NCBI GenBank assembly: GCA_963514005.1
Contig: OY740802.1
Coordinates: forward strand, 38,998,001 to 39,062,000
From: Raja brachyura
Lineage: Eukaryota
Reading direction: 5' to 3'
Length of the DNA stretch: 64,000 bases
Numbering within the stretch: position 1 is the stretch's first letter; every line of letters begins with the position of its first letter. The translations under genes and the position numbers were made by a program. Of this stretch, positions 1-12,720 are shown one piece after another. Below the pieces are notes generated by a model. The model did not search any database. It had not been told where the DNA came from and saw nothing but the letters and a program-made list of their open reading frames with translations.

Positions 1-1066
1 AGGAAGCCAGCATCTGCAGTTCCTTCCTAAACGTTCTTTCTGCAGATTGTCAACTGACTCCATATTTTCTGATCTTGTTCATGTTTGATGAGGGTTTACT
101 GATTACCACTTGAAAATCCAGGCAATAACTCCATTATCTTCAGTACCATTGTCTCTTACAATGCAAAATTCAAAAATGTTGATCAAACGTGACCATCCTA
201 TTAAAATCATGCTGACTCTAAGGTTACATCCAGCTAGGATGTCCTCCCAGTTGAACAACCTGTTGATACTAAGATTATGCATTGATGCATTAAAGTGGAT
301 GAGTTGCAGCGGTTTGAGGTATTGTACTTCAAGGCAAAGCTGTCACATTGAGGAGAAAGATGGAGTGTGAAAAGGAAGATATTATTGCCGGTATCTATCA
401 TTTCACGGAAGTCTCTAACATTAGCAGGATGGCTCCCTCCTTTGTTTTGTGAGTAGTTTGCACTGCTGTGAGATCACCTTCAGCTGCATTAAAGGTGCTC
501 TATAAATGCATGGTTGGTGCGCTGCGATACTGCGCGTTGGCTGTCACCATGCCACTTGATTTGACCCATTCTCGAACGGAAATGCCTCGGTGAGTTGTCA
601 GTCTTGAGGGCAGATAGATGTTTATCTAGACCACACTAAAGACAATAAGGTGGCTTTGCTTTTGCCAACTCCCACCATTTCTTGGCAATGTCTTAGTGCT
701 TTTTGATGGATGAACAATCCTAACATGTTCATGCAGCTGTTTTCATTCTCTGCAGTCTATGTGGAGTAGCCAGGGACATTTATGTAACTGTTCTTTAAAC
801 AGACGGTGTCTTGGTGGTTCATAAGCCTCAAAGAGCCTGTGGCTTCCGACTAGGTGGTGTGCAGGGTGTTCTGGTTGTGTGTGTGCGCAGCCGTGTTTCA
901 ATGCTCGCATTCAGCCCTTGTGATATAAATTGCAGCTGTAGATCCTGTTTCCTAAATTCATTAATGGTGAATCCCGCAACTTGCTGCGTTTGTGATGAAG
1001 ATCTGTCCTCCTGGAATGTCTTCGAAGCCTCGCAAAAATGAAATAATGCCGGCGGCTTCCTATAGT

Positions 1067-1284
1067 GTTTAAGAAGGAACTGCAGATGCTGGAAAATCGA
1101 AGGTAGACAAAAATGCTGGAGAAACTCAGCGGGTGCTGCACCATCTATGGAGCGAAGGAAATGGGCAAAGTTTCGGGCCGAAATCCTGAAGGAAATAGGC
1201 AGGGTTTCGGCCCGAAATGTTGCCTATTTCCTTCGCACCATAGATGCTGCAGCACCCACTGAGGTTCCCCCAGCATTTTTTATC
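1067..1284. mobile_element. Palindromic (head-to-head) PLE-derived short element
   Basis: Inverted arms of the gaaggaactgcagatgctgg...gagaaactcag repeat. TSD cggcttccWatagt (1053-1066, 1285-1298). Confidence 0.78.
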
Positions 1285-1389
1285 CGGCTTCCAATAGTCC
1301 TGAGCTGCTTTGAAAGAAAGAATCTGTCTCGCATGACTTGATTAAGCTGTTCTACCACCAGATATGGAGAGTAGCTGTCTGCGCTGTTA

Positions 1390-1875
1390 AGGGCCTATCC
1401 CACCAGCATGCAACTCTATGCGATGATTTGTGCGGAGTTTGTCCCGACATCGCGCGGGGCTCCGAAAAACTGGCTATGTTCAAAAATTCCGCGCGGCAAC
1501 AGCTTGTCGGCTCGTAGTCGCCTCGACGCATGACGCACCGCCTCGACGTCGTGCCTCCGTGACCCTCTCTGTAGATGCCTCCGTGACCCTATATGTGTGT
1601 GGCTCTGTGGCCCTCTGTGTGTGTGCCTCTGTGCCCCTCTCTGTCCTGGCGAACTTACCTTAGACTTCGCTCCAAGTTCGCCTCACTTTGCGCCTCGTTG
1701 CGCCACTCACCCGACCTTCGCGCGGCCCCTGCTGCCGGTTTGGTCGCGCTTGCCGCATGCAGGTGCATGCTGGTGGGAACGGCGATGTACAGGGATCACC
1801 CGACCTCCGCGCGGCCCCCGCTTCTAGTTTGATCGCGCTCATCGCATGGAGTCGGATGCTGGTAGGACAGGCCCT
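1390..1875. mobile_element. PIF/Harbinger-like MITE (AGGGCCTGTCCCAC TIR family)
   Basis: TIRs agggcctatcccaccagcat / atgctggtaggacaggccct, with TTA/TAA flanks. CpG-rich interior with short internal tandem repeats. Confidence 0.75.
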
Positions 1876-3425
1876 TAACTGTATCATTCTTCCCTCTGCC
1901 GGTGGCTTAGAGAGAGAGAGAGAGAGCGGAGGGAAAAGGAGATGGACGTTGCCTGGTTTTGAATCCCAGCCCGTTCTTCTGAAGAATAAAGTTTGGAGTG
2001 TTTCCACCTCGCAAGTGTGGGCGCTTTCCGTAACGCATTAATTGAAGTGCATGTTAAGGGCATCCGTGAACAAAATGCCATGGTGTAATAGTCGATATCA
2101 TACTGCATGTTCCTTCCATTCATTGCCCAGCTATTCCATCCCCCGCCTCCCTTAAAAGGCACAGAATATTTAATTGTGTGGGCTAAATAAATGTCATGTT
2201 GGTTTGCATTTCTTGCTTCTGTTGCTGGGTAATGAACCTGAAGGCACAAAAGCCACTGATTTTTATTTTAATTCCTCCTTGACTAATGATGCTTAAAAAA
2301 TATATATATACCATTGTAATGCAGAAAAATCTCCTATTGCAGCAGTAAAATTGGACGATATTTGCAGTCGGGGCTGATTTTGGCAGTTTCTACCTCTTGC
2401 CCCCTCCATTATCCCGGGGAAATTTCAGATCTTCTTATGCTAACATGGGTGGTCCTTGGATTTGGATGACCTCTACTCCATTTCCATGGGGTTTTAAATG
2501 ACTAATGAGGACAATGAGAGATCTGCAAGTGGAGGAGGAGGTGTGTAATTCAGGAGCAAGCATCCCCCTTGCACTGTGTACATGAAGTGTCCCCAATACG
2601 AGAATTCAGTTCTTACTCGGTGGTCACTGGTTAGGATTCCTGTGAGGCAGCATGGATGTTGCACTTTAATAAAAGGAGGTTTTGAGAACAGACTTTCCCT
2701 TCGTCTACCCGATGATCTCTTGCTGTGCCCGAGCTCAGAGCAGAATATCTGATGTCATCCTGTGTGCTCCCTGGCCTGTCTGACAGTCGATTGGGTGTAG
2801 TCGGGGGTTTCTCCTGGGGGTTTTAACCTGGGAGAGAACATTGTTGTTGGTTCATTTATGCTGCTGCTGGATTTCAGGATTTTGCAGAGACTGGATTTCA
2901 GGATTTCAGAGATTTTGCTAGTGCCACTTCTTGGTTGCTTTTGAGGTACCTGCTGTAAGACCATGCCTCCGGGGGGGGGGGGGGCAGAAAGGCAGGATCA
3001 CTGCCCCATAAACTCAGCTAGAATTAAAGGGCAGGCTCCTTGATACAGTCAACGTTGATTTTCTTGTGATGGCATTCCTGTTGCCTCATTGTTTGGTGTC
3101 GGGTTAATGTAGATATCAAAGCAGAAACCTGACTGCCCAGAGAAAGGTGTTGGTTGTGGGGTGGGGGTCTCATTCTGGTAAGACAAAATCGGAGTTATTT
3201 GCTTGGAATTAAGTTGAGCAAATAATAAGTGTGGCAGTACTGCAAAAGAAAGGGATTCTTCCTGCAAAATGTGTTGATTTGTGCCGGGTTGAGTCAAAGA
3301 GCTGAAAGAGAATCTGTTCAATATTTAGTGTGTAGGAAAGAACTGCAGATGTGGTTTAAATTGGAGGTAGACACAAAATGCTGGAGTAACTCAGCGGGTC
3401 AGATGCTGCCTGACCCACTGAGTTA

Positions 3426-3857
3426 AGGGCCTGTCCCACCAGCTTGCGACTAACGTGGTCGCTTGAGCCGTACGGCCTCACGTGGCCGGTCCCACTTCGA
3501 TCGCCGGACCCGTATGGCGTTGTGCGGAGCTGGTCCCGACATCGCGCGGGGCACCGAAAAACACACTGTTCAAAATTCCGTGTGGCAACGGTCGACGGGC
3601 CCGCAGCCGCATCGAGGCCGCACGCAACGTCTCGACGTCGTATGCAGCGTCAGGATGTCATCACCGCCCAACTCCGTGCGACGTCCAAACTCACTCAGCC
3701 CGCCTCGTGCCCAGCTGATTGGCGAGTATGATGTCGGGACCAGCTCCGCACAACTCCATACGGCTCCGCAGTTCGAAGTGGAACTGGCCCCGCGAGGCCG
3801 TACGGCTCGAGCCACCATGTGTGATCGCGCTCGCCGCAGGCTGGTGGGACAGGCCCT
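3426..3857. mobile_element. PIF/Harbinger-like MITE inserted in a Penelope-derived short repeat
   Basis: TIRs agggcctgtcccaccagc / gctggtgggacaggccct with a TTA TSD at 3423-3425 and 3858-3860. Interrupts the ctgagtta|ccgcagcattttgtg repeat. Internally palindromic. Confidence 0.85.
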
Positions 3858-4384
3858 TTACCGCAGCATTTTGTGTCTACCTTCTGTTCAACATTCACTT
3901 GTTTGCTCCCTTCAGATCTGTTGCAGGCTATGAATGTTGCTCTCAGCACATGCCATTTACAATGGGGATTGGTCATTTGCCCTTTCCAGACAGACAATAA
4001 CTGCGCATGTTTTTTGTGTCCTTTATCTATGTTCCCCAGGCCTCATTATCCTTAGATTAACTGTAGTTTGAATCCTATTGTTTTAGCCTCAGTTTATTGT
4101 GGCACACTGTCCAAGATATTGCAAGTTTGGATATTCTTGGTTTTAGTAACTAACTAACCCACAACACCTAACTCACCTACCCTCCCCCCCCGGGTTCTCT
4201 GTGCCTCACTTGGACTTGCTTCATTTCTCTCCTCCCACCCATATTCCCTCCTCTAACTTCACAATTCACACGACTTCTTTCCCCAACTCGCACCTTTTTT
4301 TTGTCTTTTCATCTCTGGACTTTATCCAACCATTGTCTATCATCAAAAGCCTACCTCGCCTGTATTTGCCAATCACACACCAGT

Positions 4385-4412
4385 CTGAGGAAGGGTCCCA
4401 ACCTGAAACGTC
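4385..4412 (+). ncRNA. Minimal hammerhead ribozyme-like motif (PLE-associated), sense to host gene
   Basis: CUGAGGA-A-GGGU(CCCA)ACCU-GAAAC-GUC. Confidence 0.5.
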
Positions 4413-4432
4413 ACCTGTCCATGTTCTCCAAA

Positions 4433-5093
4433 GATGCTACATGATCTGCTAAGTTACTCCAGCACTTTTTTTTGGGTGAGCTCATTGTCTACTTTGAAAA
4501 TTACCCATTTGTATAACACGAGCTTCTAGCACATCAGGTATTTTGGAGAATACAGTTGAATGGCAAAAATTATTGCACAGACCAGATGGTTGACTTTGAC
4601 TCCGTAACTAGACGTTGAGAGTTTAGGACAGGAAATCCTAATATTCAGAAGTTGGTTTTGAGCAGATTCTTTAAGGAAGGGGAGACAGATAGTGAATAAT
4701 GGATGTCTAAATTGAGATGTTAATAAATTGTCTAAATTGAGATTTAATAAATCCATTCCTCAAAGGGCTGGCAGTGATCAAGTTTAAGATACAAATGTAA
4801 TGGTAATAATGATGATGATCAAAGCAGATGAGAGTTTGGATGCTACATGACCTGCTAAGTTACTCCAGCACTTTTTTTTTAAGGGTGAGCTCATTGTCTA
4901 CTTTGAAAATGACCCATTTTTATAACATGAGCTTCTAGCACATGGGGTATTCTGGAGAATACATTTAAATGGCAAAAAATATTGCACAGACCAGGTGGTG
5001 ACTTTGACTCTGTAACAAGACTTTGAGAGTTCAGGACAGGAAATCCTAATATTCAGAAGTTGGTTTTGTTCAAAGCAGATGAGAGTTTGGATG
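4433..5093 (+). repeat. Local direct duplication (~230 bp)
   Basis: 4433-4660 recurs at 4839-5068. The second copy is bracketed by tcaaagcagatgagagtttggatg at 4819-4842 and 5070-5093. Confidence 0.9.
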
Positions 5094-6982
5094 GTCTGAC
5101 TGGATTGTTGTCCAGGCTAGAAGTGTTGAATGGCCGCCCTCTTGCTCTTGTGTTCCAGCTGTGTGGATATTGGAATGTTTTCTGATTATCTACGTCACAG
5201 TCACTGTTCCAGTTGTTTCAAAACCAATATTGAGGCATGGGCCCAGCACGAGTCCTCTTGATGGGTGTGCTGGCCTGTGTTGTTGTTGACAGCACAGCCT
5301 TGGAGATGCTGGTGCATGTGCTGGAAAAGGTTACATCCTGGGCCAAATTGGCTGAAGTCTGACCTTTTCCCTGTACAAAATGTTCTAGTGAGTTAATAGT
5401 CTAATTATCCTACAGTCAACAATCATAACAGGCCAGCATGACGAGACCTCTGAAGTGCTTGTGGCGATGGGGACTGATTGGCATCCCGCAGTACAATGAC
5501 ACCCTTTCAATTACGGCCATGATTATCTTATTGACAACTCTTGCTTCCTTCCTTCCTTCCCATCTGCTTTGTTCTCAATGAAGCTCGAGATTTTTCAACA
5601 ATTTTGTACCATTTCCAAGAAATAGATTTTGCAGGATGCTTAATTGTTGCAATTGACTCGCGACCTTTGAAGATTGTAGAAGCTTCAGAATGGAGGGGGT
5701 TGGGTGGACTACTCTCGGTCTCCCAGCTAGGTAGGAGGCCATTTGGCCCATCATGCTTGTGTTGGCTTTTTTTGAGTGTGTTGCATAACTCGGTTGCTCC
5801 GATTTCCCATTGGCCTTACAAATTGTTTCCTTTACAAATATTTATGGGGCCTAACGGGAAAGTTACTGTTTGTTGGGATTCACCGTCCTCTGGGGCAATC
5901 ACATGTGCCAGTGTGGCAGGATGCCATTTTTCCCCACATGTCCGCGCTGCCTCTGTGCAAGAACAGTCCGAGTCGACTCCTCTGCCTCTCTCCCCGTAAC
6001 TCTGTGATTTCCTTCAAACCCCTTTCATTGTGTTCCAGATTGCCTCAGCTCACTGTTTTTATCTGTAATGTTTACTAAACCACCTGCCACTCGGAACAAT
6101 TTCTCTTTAATAGTTCCATCACCATCCTTGCCATTAAATGCAGATATCAAAGCAATTGGCCAGAGATATTTCTGGTGTGTATTTGGGATAATTGGGAACT
6201 TATTGTGTGCTGAGCATGCCTGATGGGGAATGAAATGATTGTGGGGGGTATTTGAATAAGCAGGGCTTCCCGGGCAGAGTGATGTGTGGGAAGGATGTCC
6301 AGAACCCAGTTGGCCGATGGCAGTGGACAATCACTTGTGTAGGATGCAGAGTGCTGTGGAGTTTGCTGCGAGTCTGACACTGCACCCACCCTCTCTGCTA
6401 AACCAACCCTTGGTGTGAATCACACCTTCTGGGTGCATTCAGTAGACTAGCTGTGGAATTGAACCACCGCTGCCTTTTACAAACCAGCCCTTGCCTTTGC
6501 TTGTGTATGAAGGAACATGCAAATGTTGGTTTAAACTGAAGATAGACACAAAAAGCCGGAGTAACTCAGCGGGTCAGACAGCATCTCTGGAGAAAAGGAG
6601 TAGGTGACGTTTCGGGCCTCGACTATTCCCATTCCTTTTCTCCAGAGATGCTGTCTGACCTGCTGAGTTACTCCAGTTTTTTGTTACTATCTTTGATGTT
6701 GCTTGACTTGCAGTGAAATGTGTTGGTCCCGGGCATTGCAGGTTCAACTGTTGCAGCAATTCAAACCCGCCTTCCCCTCCCTATCAAATTTCAATTGTGC
6801 AAAGGACATCAACGGACACTGAAAAGGGGTCTCGACCTGACACGTCACCCGTTCCTTGACTTTCGAGGTGCTACCTGTGCCACTGAGTTAATCCAGCATT
6901 TTGTGTCTCTTCGATTTAAACCAGCATCTGCAGGTCTTTCCTGCTGTCCCAGGGCCAGGGACGGGAATGCTCAGCTTCTGAC

Positions 6983-7387
6983 CAAAGATCCTGTAGCAAG
7001 CAAAATAGTCCACTCGACGAAAAAGACGTAGTCTGGTCACGGGCAGAATGGTGGGTAATTTTCGGCCCCATTTCCGTAACCGGCTTCCGTCTCCGCACCA
7101 AAGATCCCGTAGCGGAGCAAAGATAACTAGTGCAGAGATGGAGGCCGGTTACGGAAACATCCTCATAAAGATAAAAGTTCTTTGGTAAAAATCTTCTCCT
7201 CATTTTTAGAATTATAATTTATTAACACAAACTGTTCCCCCGCAACGTATATCACACTGCGAGTCGGGTCGGGTCGAGTTACTGAAATGGATGAAAAAAA
7301 GACCCACGTTCCGCTCTGTTGCGTACTACACGTCAGCCCATTGCATTTAGCAGGAGTGGTCTATCTTGCTCTGCTAGAGGATCTTTG
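6983..7387. mobile_element. hAT-type MITE
   Basis: TIRs caaagatcctgtagcaagcaaaatagtccactc / gagtggtctatcttgctctgctagaggatctttg with a perfect 8-bp TSD cttctgac (6975-6982, 7388-7395). Confidence 0.88.
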
Positions 7388-8042
7388 CTTCTGACAATGC
7401 AAGGTACATTTTGGACAGTGCTCACATGCACGCACAGTATCCAGGTTCATGCATAATGCTGGCAGTCATTAAACTGCACTCCTTGTGGAAGTATCTCCGA
7501 GAAAAGAAAAGTTCCTGAAATTGAATTCCATGATAAATTCCAGACTTTCCGTCTCTGATTCTAAATCCAGACAAATGGTTGACATTTACCGTCTCCACAC
7601 ATGCTGCCTGACCTGAGTGTTTCCAGCCCCTGCAGTTATTCCTCTTGGCTCCCCTTTCTAGGGCAGGCATTCGTTCGTCCCCCGAGCCCGGTCCATTTAT
7701 ATATGTGACTGCAATCAGAGGTGAGTGCAGAGCATTTAGAATAAATGAGAAGATTTGTTGAACTGCTCAATCAGTTTTAGGATGAGCAAGATGTCACTTA
7801 GCCTGTCTGTGTCTTGTGTTTTTCCAGCTGGCTCCATCTTGTTACTCTCCAACGTGTGACTTCTGATTACCGCTAGTATGAGGGGGGAAAGGCTATTTGT
7901 AGAACACTATTTTCATCATATTTTCTGTTCGTCTGTTAAACAGTCTAGCACGTCTATCACGCTGCAGATGTTGCAGTCTTTTGCATCTATACTGCTTAGT
8001 CCGTAAATATATATATTTAAAACTCCAGGCATTTCATTTTCA

Positions 8043-8308
8043 AGGGCCTGTCCCACTGGTGCAATTGTGTTTGGCGACTGCTGGCACCCGTCATAGTCGC
8101 AGCAGGTTGTCGAAAAAGGTACGACTCTTTGGGCGACTACTCGCGACCAAACGGGCGTCAGTCACCCCATGACATGTTGCGAGTAGTCGCCCAAAGAGTC
8201 GTACCTTTTCCTAGTCGCCGCTGGATTTTCAACGTCTCGAAATGTTTCGACGACCTGTGACGGGTGCTGGCAGTCGCCAAAAACAACCGCGTACGTGGGA
8301 CAGGCCCG
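8043..8308. mobile_element. PIF/Harbinger-like MITE
   Basis: agggcctgtcccact ... gtgggacaggccc termini; interior shared with the copies at 11411 and 21333. Confidence 0.75.
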
Positions 8309-9599
8309 ATACTCTAAATCCAGAGGCTGATGTTTCTTCTCCCCTAAACCTGGGTCATCAGGTAAAGTATTTAAGCAGTGACCCATATATTGGCAGCCAA
8401 AAAGCCCATGATCCACACAACAGGATGACTGTCGGTAGAGGGTGTGATTGCAGCCAAGGTATGGGAGCCTGCAATGTGGGCATCCTGAACCTTTTGGTGC
8501 CACTTCACCATTGACAAAACAGCAAGTGGCTTGGCATCCACACAGCAGCCCCAGTTGGGCTGGAAACAATGAGAAAACCTTGAAGGCTAAGGAGTTGCCT
8601 GAATAGATGCTGATATAGATTAGTGAACACACCATTGCTCCTGAAGTTTCCTGTTAGTGGCAGTGGACATGTTGAGAGCGCATTTCGTGTTGTTCATCCG
8701 CATGGTTACCTGAGGTCCACAGCCAGAAGATGCCATGAGAAAACTTACCCAGAGTGTAAAGCGGGGTGGGCTCCACAACGCCAACACTCCAGTGTGTTAC
8801 AGAAAGATCCAGCGGCTTAACAATCTTGAAAATGTTTCTTTGCAAAGTGTTGAGACAATAGTCATCTTGGAACATCAAACTGAAGAGGCGATGCTTCCCA
8901 TTTATTTAGGTGTCACAGATGAGACTGCAGTGGGATGCGAGCTGTCTGCCGTCAACACCATATCTCCCGACTATCTGTCTAGAAATTCATAACCTGTCCT
9001 CTGCAACAAAGATTCCATATGTGAGATCACAGGTGGGCTTTGCAGTGTGCTCAGGCAATGCTTATAAGATTAGAAGGACACAAAAGCATCCACACTTGCA
9101 GTGACATAACCCACATAAGATGTCAGCACGCCTGTAATTTATTTGTGATTTTCTTTAAGTCTTTAACAAACTTGCCAATGTAATAACGATGCCAGTTTTG
9201 TTCTTCAATTGTTTTAGCATTGCTTGTTCTAAGCTAGCAGCCAAAGTTTAAATATTTTGTGTAAGTTCACTGGAATGGAATTGGAGTATGTATGAAGGAA
9301 ACTCGACAATGCAATCCAAATTATTTATCAAAATATACTGACTTCTATGTGAACGGTTTCCACTTGCCCAAATCACCCATCGGGGCACATTCCACTTGAG
9401 CTTGGTGAAAATACTGACCCTGGTCCCCTCTAATTTATTTACATTGACTATCGAGGGATAGAATAAATTTGTAACCTCCCCCTTCTAAATTCCTTTGTTT
9501 TGGAGTTACAAAGATGTATGTCCAAAAACTGGAAGTGGTGGTCTGGGAAGATGAAGTCGAGAAGGCATACCCTTCGATATTAAAGAGTGTGTTTGTAGA

Positions 9600-10110
9600 A
9601 ACATTGGTTGGGTCACATCTGGAGTACTGCATACAGTTCTGGTCACCACACAATAAATAGGGAGGATGTGATTGTACTGGAGTGGGTGCAGAGGAAATGC
9701 ATCAGGTTATGGCCTGGGATGGCCAGTTTCGATTATAAAGAGACTGGATGTTGGGCATGTTTTCTTTGGAATGGTGGAAGTCAACTGGGTGGACCTAATT
9801 GAGATGCAGAAAATAGGAGTAGAAATGAGAAGGGCATAGATGTATGAACCTCATCCCATTGCAAAATTGTTCAGGATTGAGAGCAAAGGTTTAGGGTAAG
9901 GCATAGAGGAAGTCTGGGAACTTTTTCATAGAGTGTGGTTGGAAGCTGAAAGTGGGTGATGGAGGCAGCTACTCGCACTAGACGAACACTTGAATACCCA
10001 AGACCTAGAAGGCTGCAGCTGGGTGCTGGTAAATGGGATCGGAAAAGATATTTGATGGTCAGCATAGAAATCGTGGACTAAAGGGCCTTGTTTCTTTCTA
10101 TGCTGTATGA
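9600..10110 (+). mobile_element. Old, degenerate CR1-clade LINE 3' fragment
   Basis: cacatctggagtactgcatacagttctggtcacc (HLEYCIQFWSP) followed by degenerate downstream ORF2/3' UTR sequence. Confidence 0.65.
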
Positions 10111-11410
10111 TTCAAACTCTACGGGATTGGATTTTGAATGGGATGTGGCGTACTTGCTTGAAGAGAAGTTTAAAAGAATGGATGAAAATCATCGGGAGTT
10201 ATTTGGTCGATAAAACCAATGGCATTCCTCTGTGTTGCAAGATGTGGTTTTATAAATGTGGTTTCCATTACCACAAGTGCCTCGTGATTGGAAAAATATA
10301 TATTTTTTAAACTGCAAAAGATTGAGGGAAGCGAAGGAAAATGGGATTACAGTCCGTGGCTCTGATGTTGAATGATTACAGTGAACGGAATTGGCCTCCT
10401 CCTGTCCTGAAACTATTTGGAATCTGGAAACCATCAGCGTTTGTTGAAATGACGTGATGTTCTTTTTTTTTGGCATTCTTCCTAATGTCTGATCTGGAGT
10501 TCTGAAGCAACTATTGCCTGTATCCAATGTGTGGAAAAATTACACAGGTTTGCAGATGGTCCCAGCTGAAAAGTAGTTTACTTATTCATTTTGAGGGATC
10601 TGGGCAATGTTGAAGAGGCCACCATCCCTAGTTGCCTCTCAAGATAGTGGTGAGTTGTCACCTCTATCCTGTGCAGTCTTTCCGGTGAAGGAGCTATTGC
10701 GTTGAAAGTTAGACTTGTATCATCAGAATAGTGATATATTTCCAAGTCAGAGGGGAGCCTGTGGGTGGTGGTGTTCCTGTGCACTTGCCCTTGGAGGTAG
10801 AGGTTGTTGGTTGGGAATGTAGAAACCTGGATGAGTAACATTTTGTAGATGGCGGGCACTGCAGATACTAAGCAGTGGGGAAGGAAATGGTATCTCACTG
10901 AGGTCCCTTCTGCGACATGCGAGATGTGGCTCTGTATTGATGACTAACAAATGCTTTGTCACACTTTAGAATTTCAGCTGGGATGTTATTTGCTCCTGGG
11001 GCAATGTAGGGAAGAGTGGTCTTGAGGTAATGATGGCACCTCCAATAGGCAGCTCTCTCCCTGGGAATATCGGTTCAGTTTCTGAAGAGGGATCAGAAAT
11101 TACCATTGTCCATGTTAGCTGTGGCTTTTATATGAAATCTACAAATGTTGAGTTTTATTATTTACTTCAGCAGACTATGAAGTCGATTCTTGTTTGTTAT
11201 CTACGCATATCCAGGCTTCTTGAGGTGGTGGATAAGGCACAGATTTTTGGAAAGTAGAAAACGCCTCCGGTGACACTGCCCAGAGTGACAAACCCAAAAA
11301 TATTCCTTGTTCCAGTTTTATTTTTCTGCAGAATAAGATGCAGAATAATCCAATTGCAATGTATTCAAAGACAATACACGTTGTATTGCAATTACATTGG
11401 GCCCTGGTAA

Positions 11411-12313
11411 AGGGCCTCTCCCACGCGCACATTTTTTTTTTTTGGCGACCGCTAGCACCCGTCATAGTTGCAGCAGGTCTCCGAAAATGTTCAACATAAC
11501 CATATAACAATTACAGCACGGAAACAGGCCATCTCGGCCCTTCAAGTCCGTGCCGAACAACTTTTTTCCCTTAGTCCCACCTGCCTGCACTCATACCATA
11601 ACCCTCCATACCCTTCTCATCCATATGCCTATCCAATTTATTTTTAAATGATACCAACGAACCTGCCGCCACCACTTCCACTGGAAGCTCATTCCACACT
11701 GCTACCACTCTCTGAGTAAAGAAGTTCCCCCTCATGTTACCCCTAAACCTCTGTCCCTTAATTCTAAAGTCATGTCCTCTTGTTTGAATCTTCCCTATTC
11801 TCAAAGGGAAAAGCTTGTCCACATCAACTCTGTCTATCCCTCTCATCATTTTGAAGACGTCTATCAAGTCCCCCCTTAACCTTCTGCGCTCCAGAGAATA
11901 AAGACCTAACTTATTCAACCTATCTCTGTAACTTAGCTGTTGAAACCCAGGCAACATTCTAGTAAATCTCCTCTGTACCCTCTCTATTTTGTTGACATCC
12001 TATAATTGGGCGACCAAAATTGTACACCATACTCCAGATTTGGTCTCACCAATGCCTTGTACAATTTTAACATTACATCCCAGCTTCTATACTCAATGCT
12101 CTGATTTATAAAGGCTAGCATACCAAAAGCTTTCTTTACCACCCTATCTATATGAGATTCCACCTTCAAGGAACTATGCACGGTTATTCCCAGATCCCTC
12201 TGTTCAACTGTATTCTTCAATTCCCTACATGTTGAAAATCCAGCGGCGACCAGAAAAAGGTACCACTCTTTGGGCAACTACTTACGACCATACGGGCGTC
12301 ACCCCACGACGTG
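11411..12313. mobile_element. Harbinger-like MITE interrupted by a CR1-clade LINE
   Basis: Starts agggcctctcccac. MITE sequence resumes at 12227 (acatgttgaaaatccagcggcgacc) after the LINE, as shown by comparison with the uninterrupted copy at 21333. Right TIR missing. Confidence 0.75.
11498..12226 (-). mobile_element. 5'-truncated CR1-clade LINE (ORF2 C-terminus and 3' UTR)
   Basis: ORFs 11984-12277 and 11571-11957 (-) read LYKALVRPNLEYGVQFWSP and LGLYSLERRRLRGDLI...TRGH...FFTQRVV.VWNELP, typical of the CR1 ORF2 end. acat is duplicated at both junctions. Confidence 0.9.
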
Positions 12314-12482
12314 TATCCAAGGGGGCTCTCGGGGCTAAATTGTTGAGTGTACTTAAGATGAAGATCTGTTTTTTAAATATTACAAGTTAGTAGAGGGGAG
12401 TGTTGTGGTGATGCACATTTTATTGAATAGACCCGGCACTATAGGCCAAATGGCCAATTGCGGCTTCTAGTCAATTGCAGCT

Positions 12483-12720
12483 TTTCGCACAGAGTGGTGA
12501 ATCTGTGGAATTCTCTGCCACAGAAGGTAGTTGAGGCCAGTTCGTTGGCTATATTTTAGAGGGAGTTAGATGTGGCCCTTGTGGCTAATGGGATCAGGGG
12601 GTATGGAGAGAAGGCAGGTACAGGATACTGAGTTGGATGATCAGCCATGATCATATTGAATGGCGGTGTAGGCTCGAAGGGCCGAATGGCCTACTCCTGC
12701 ACCTACGTTTCTATGTTTCT
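12483..12720 (+). mobile_element. CR1-clade LINE 3' end
   Basis: cagagtggtgaatctgtggaattctctgccacagaaggtagttgaggcc...ggccgaatggcctactcctgcacct followed by a (tttctatg)n-like tail. Confidence 0.8.

Noticed and set aside
1540-1650. Short regularly spaced direct repeats that could suggest a CRISPR-like array
   Set aside because: Vertebrate DNA; these are degenerate tandem units inside a MITE with no unique spacers.
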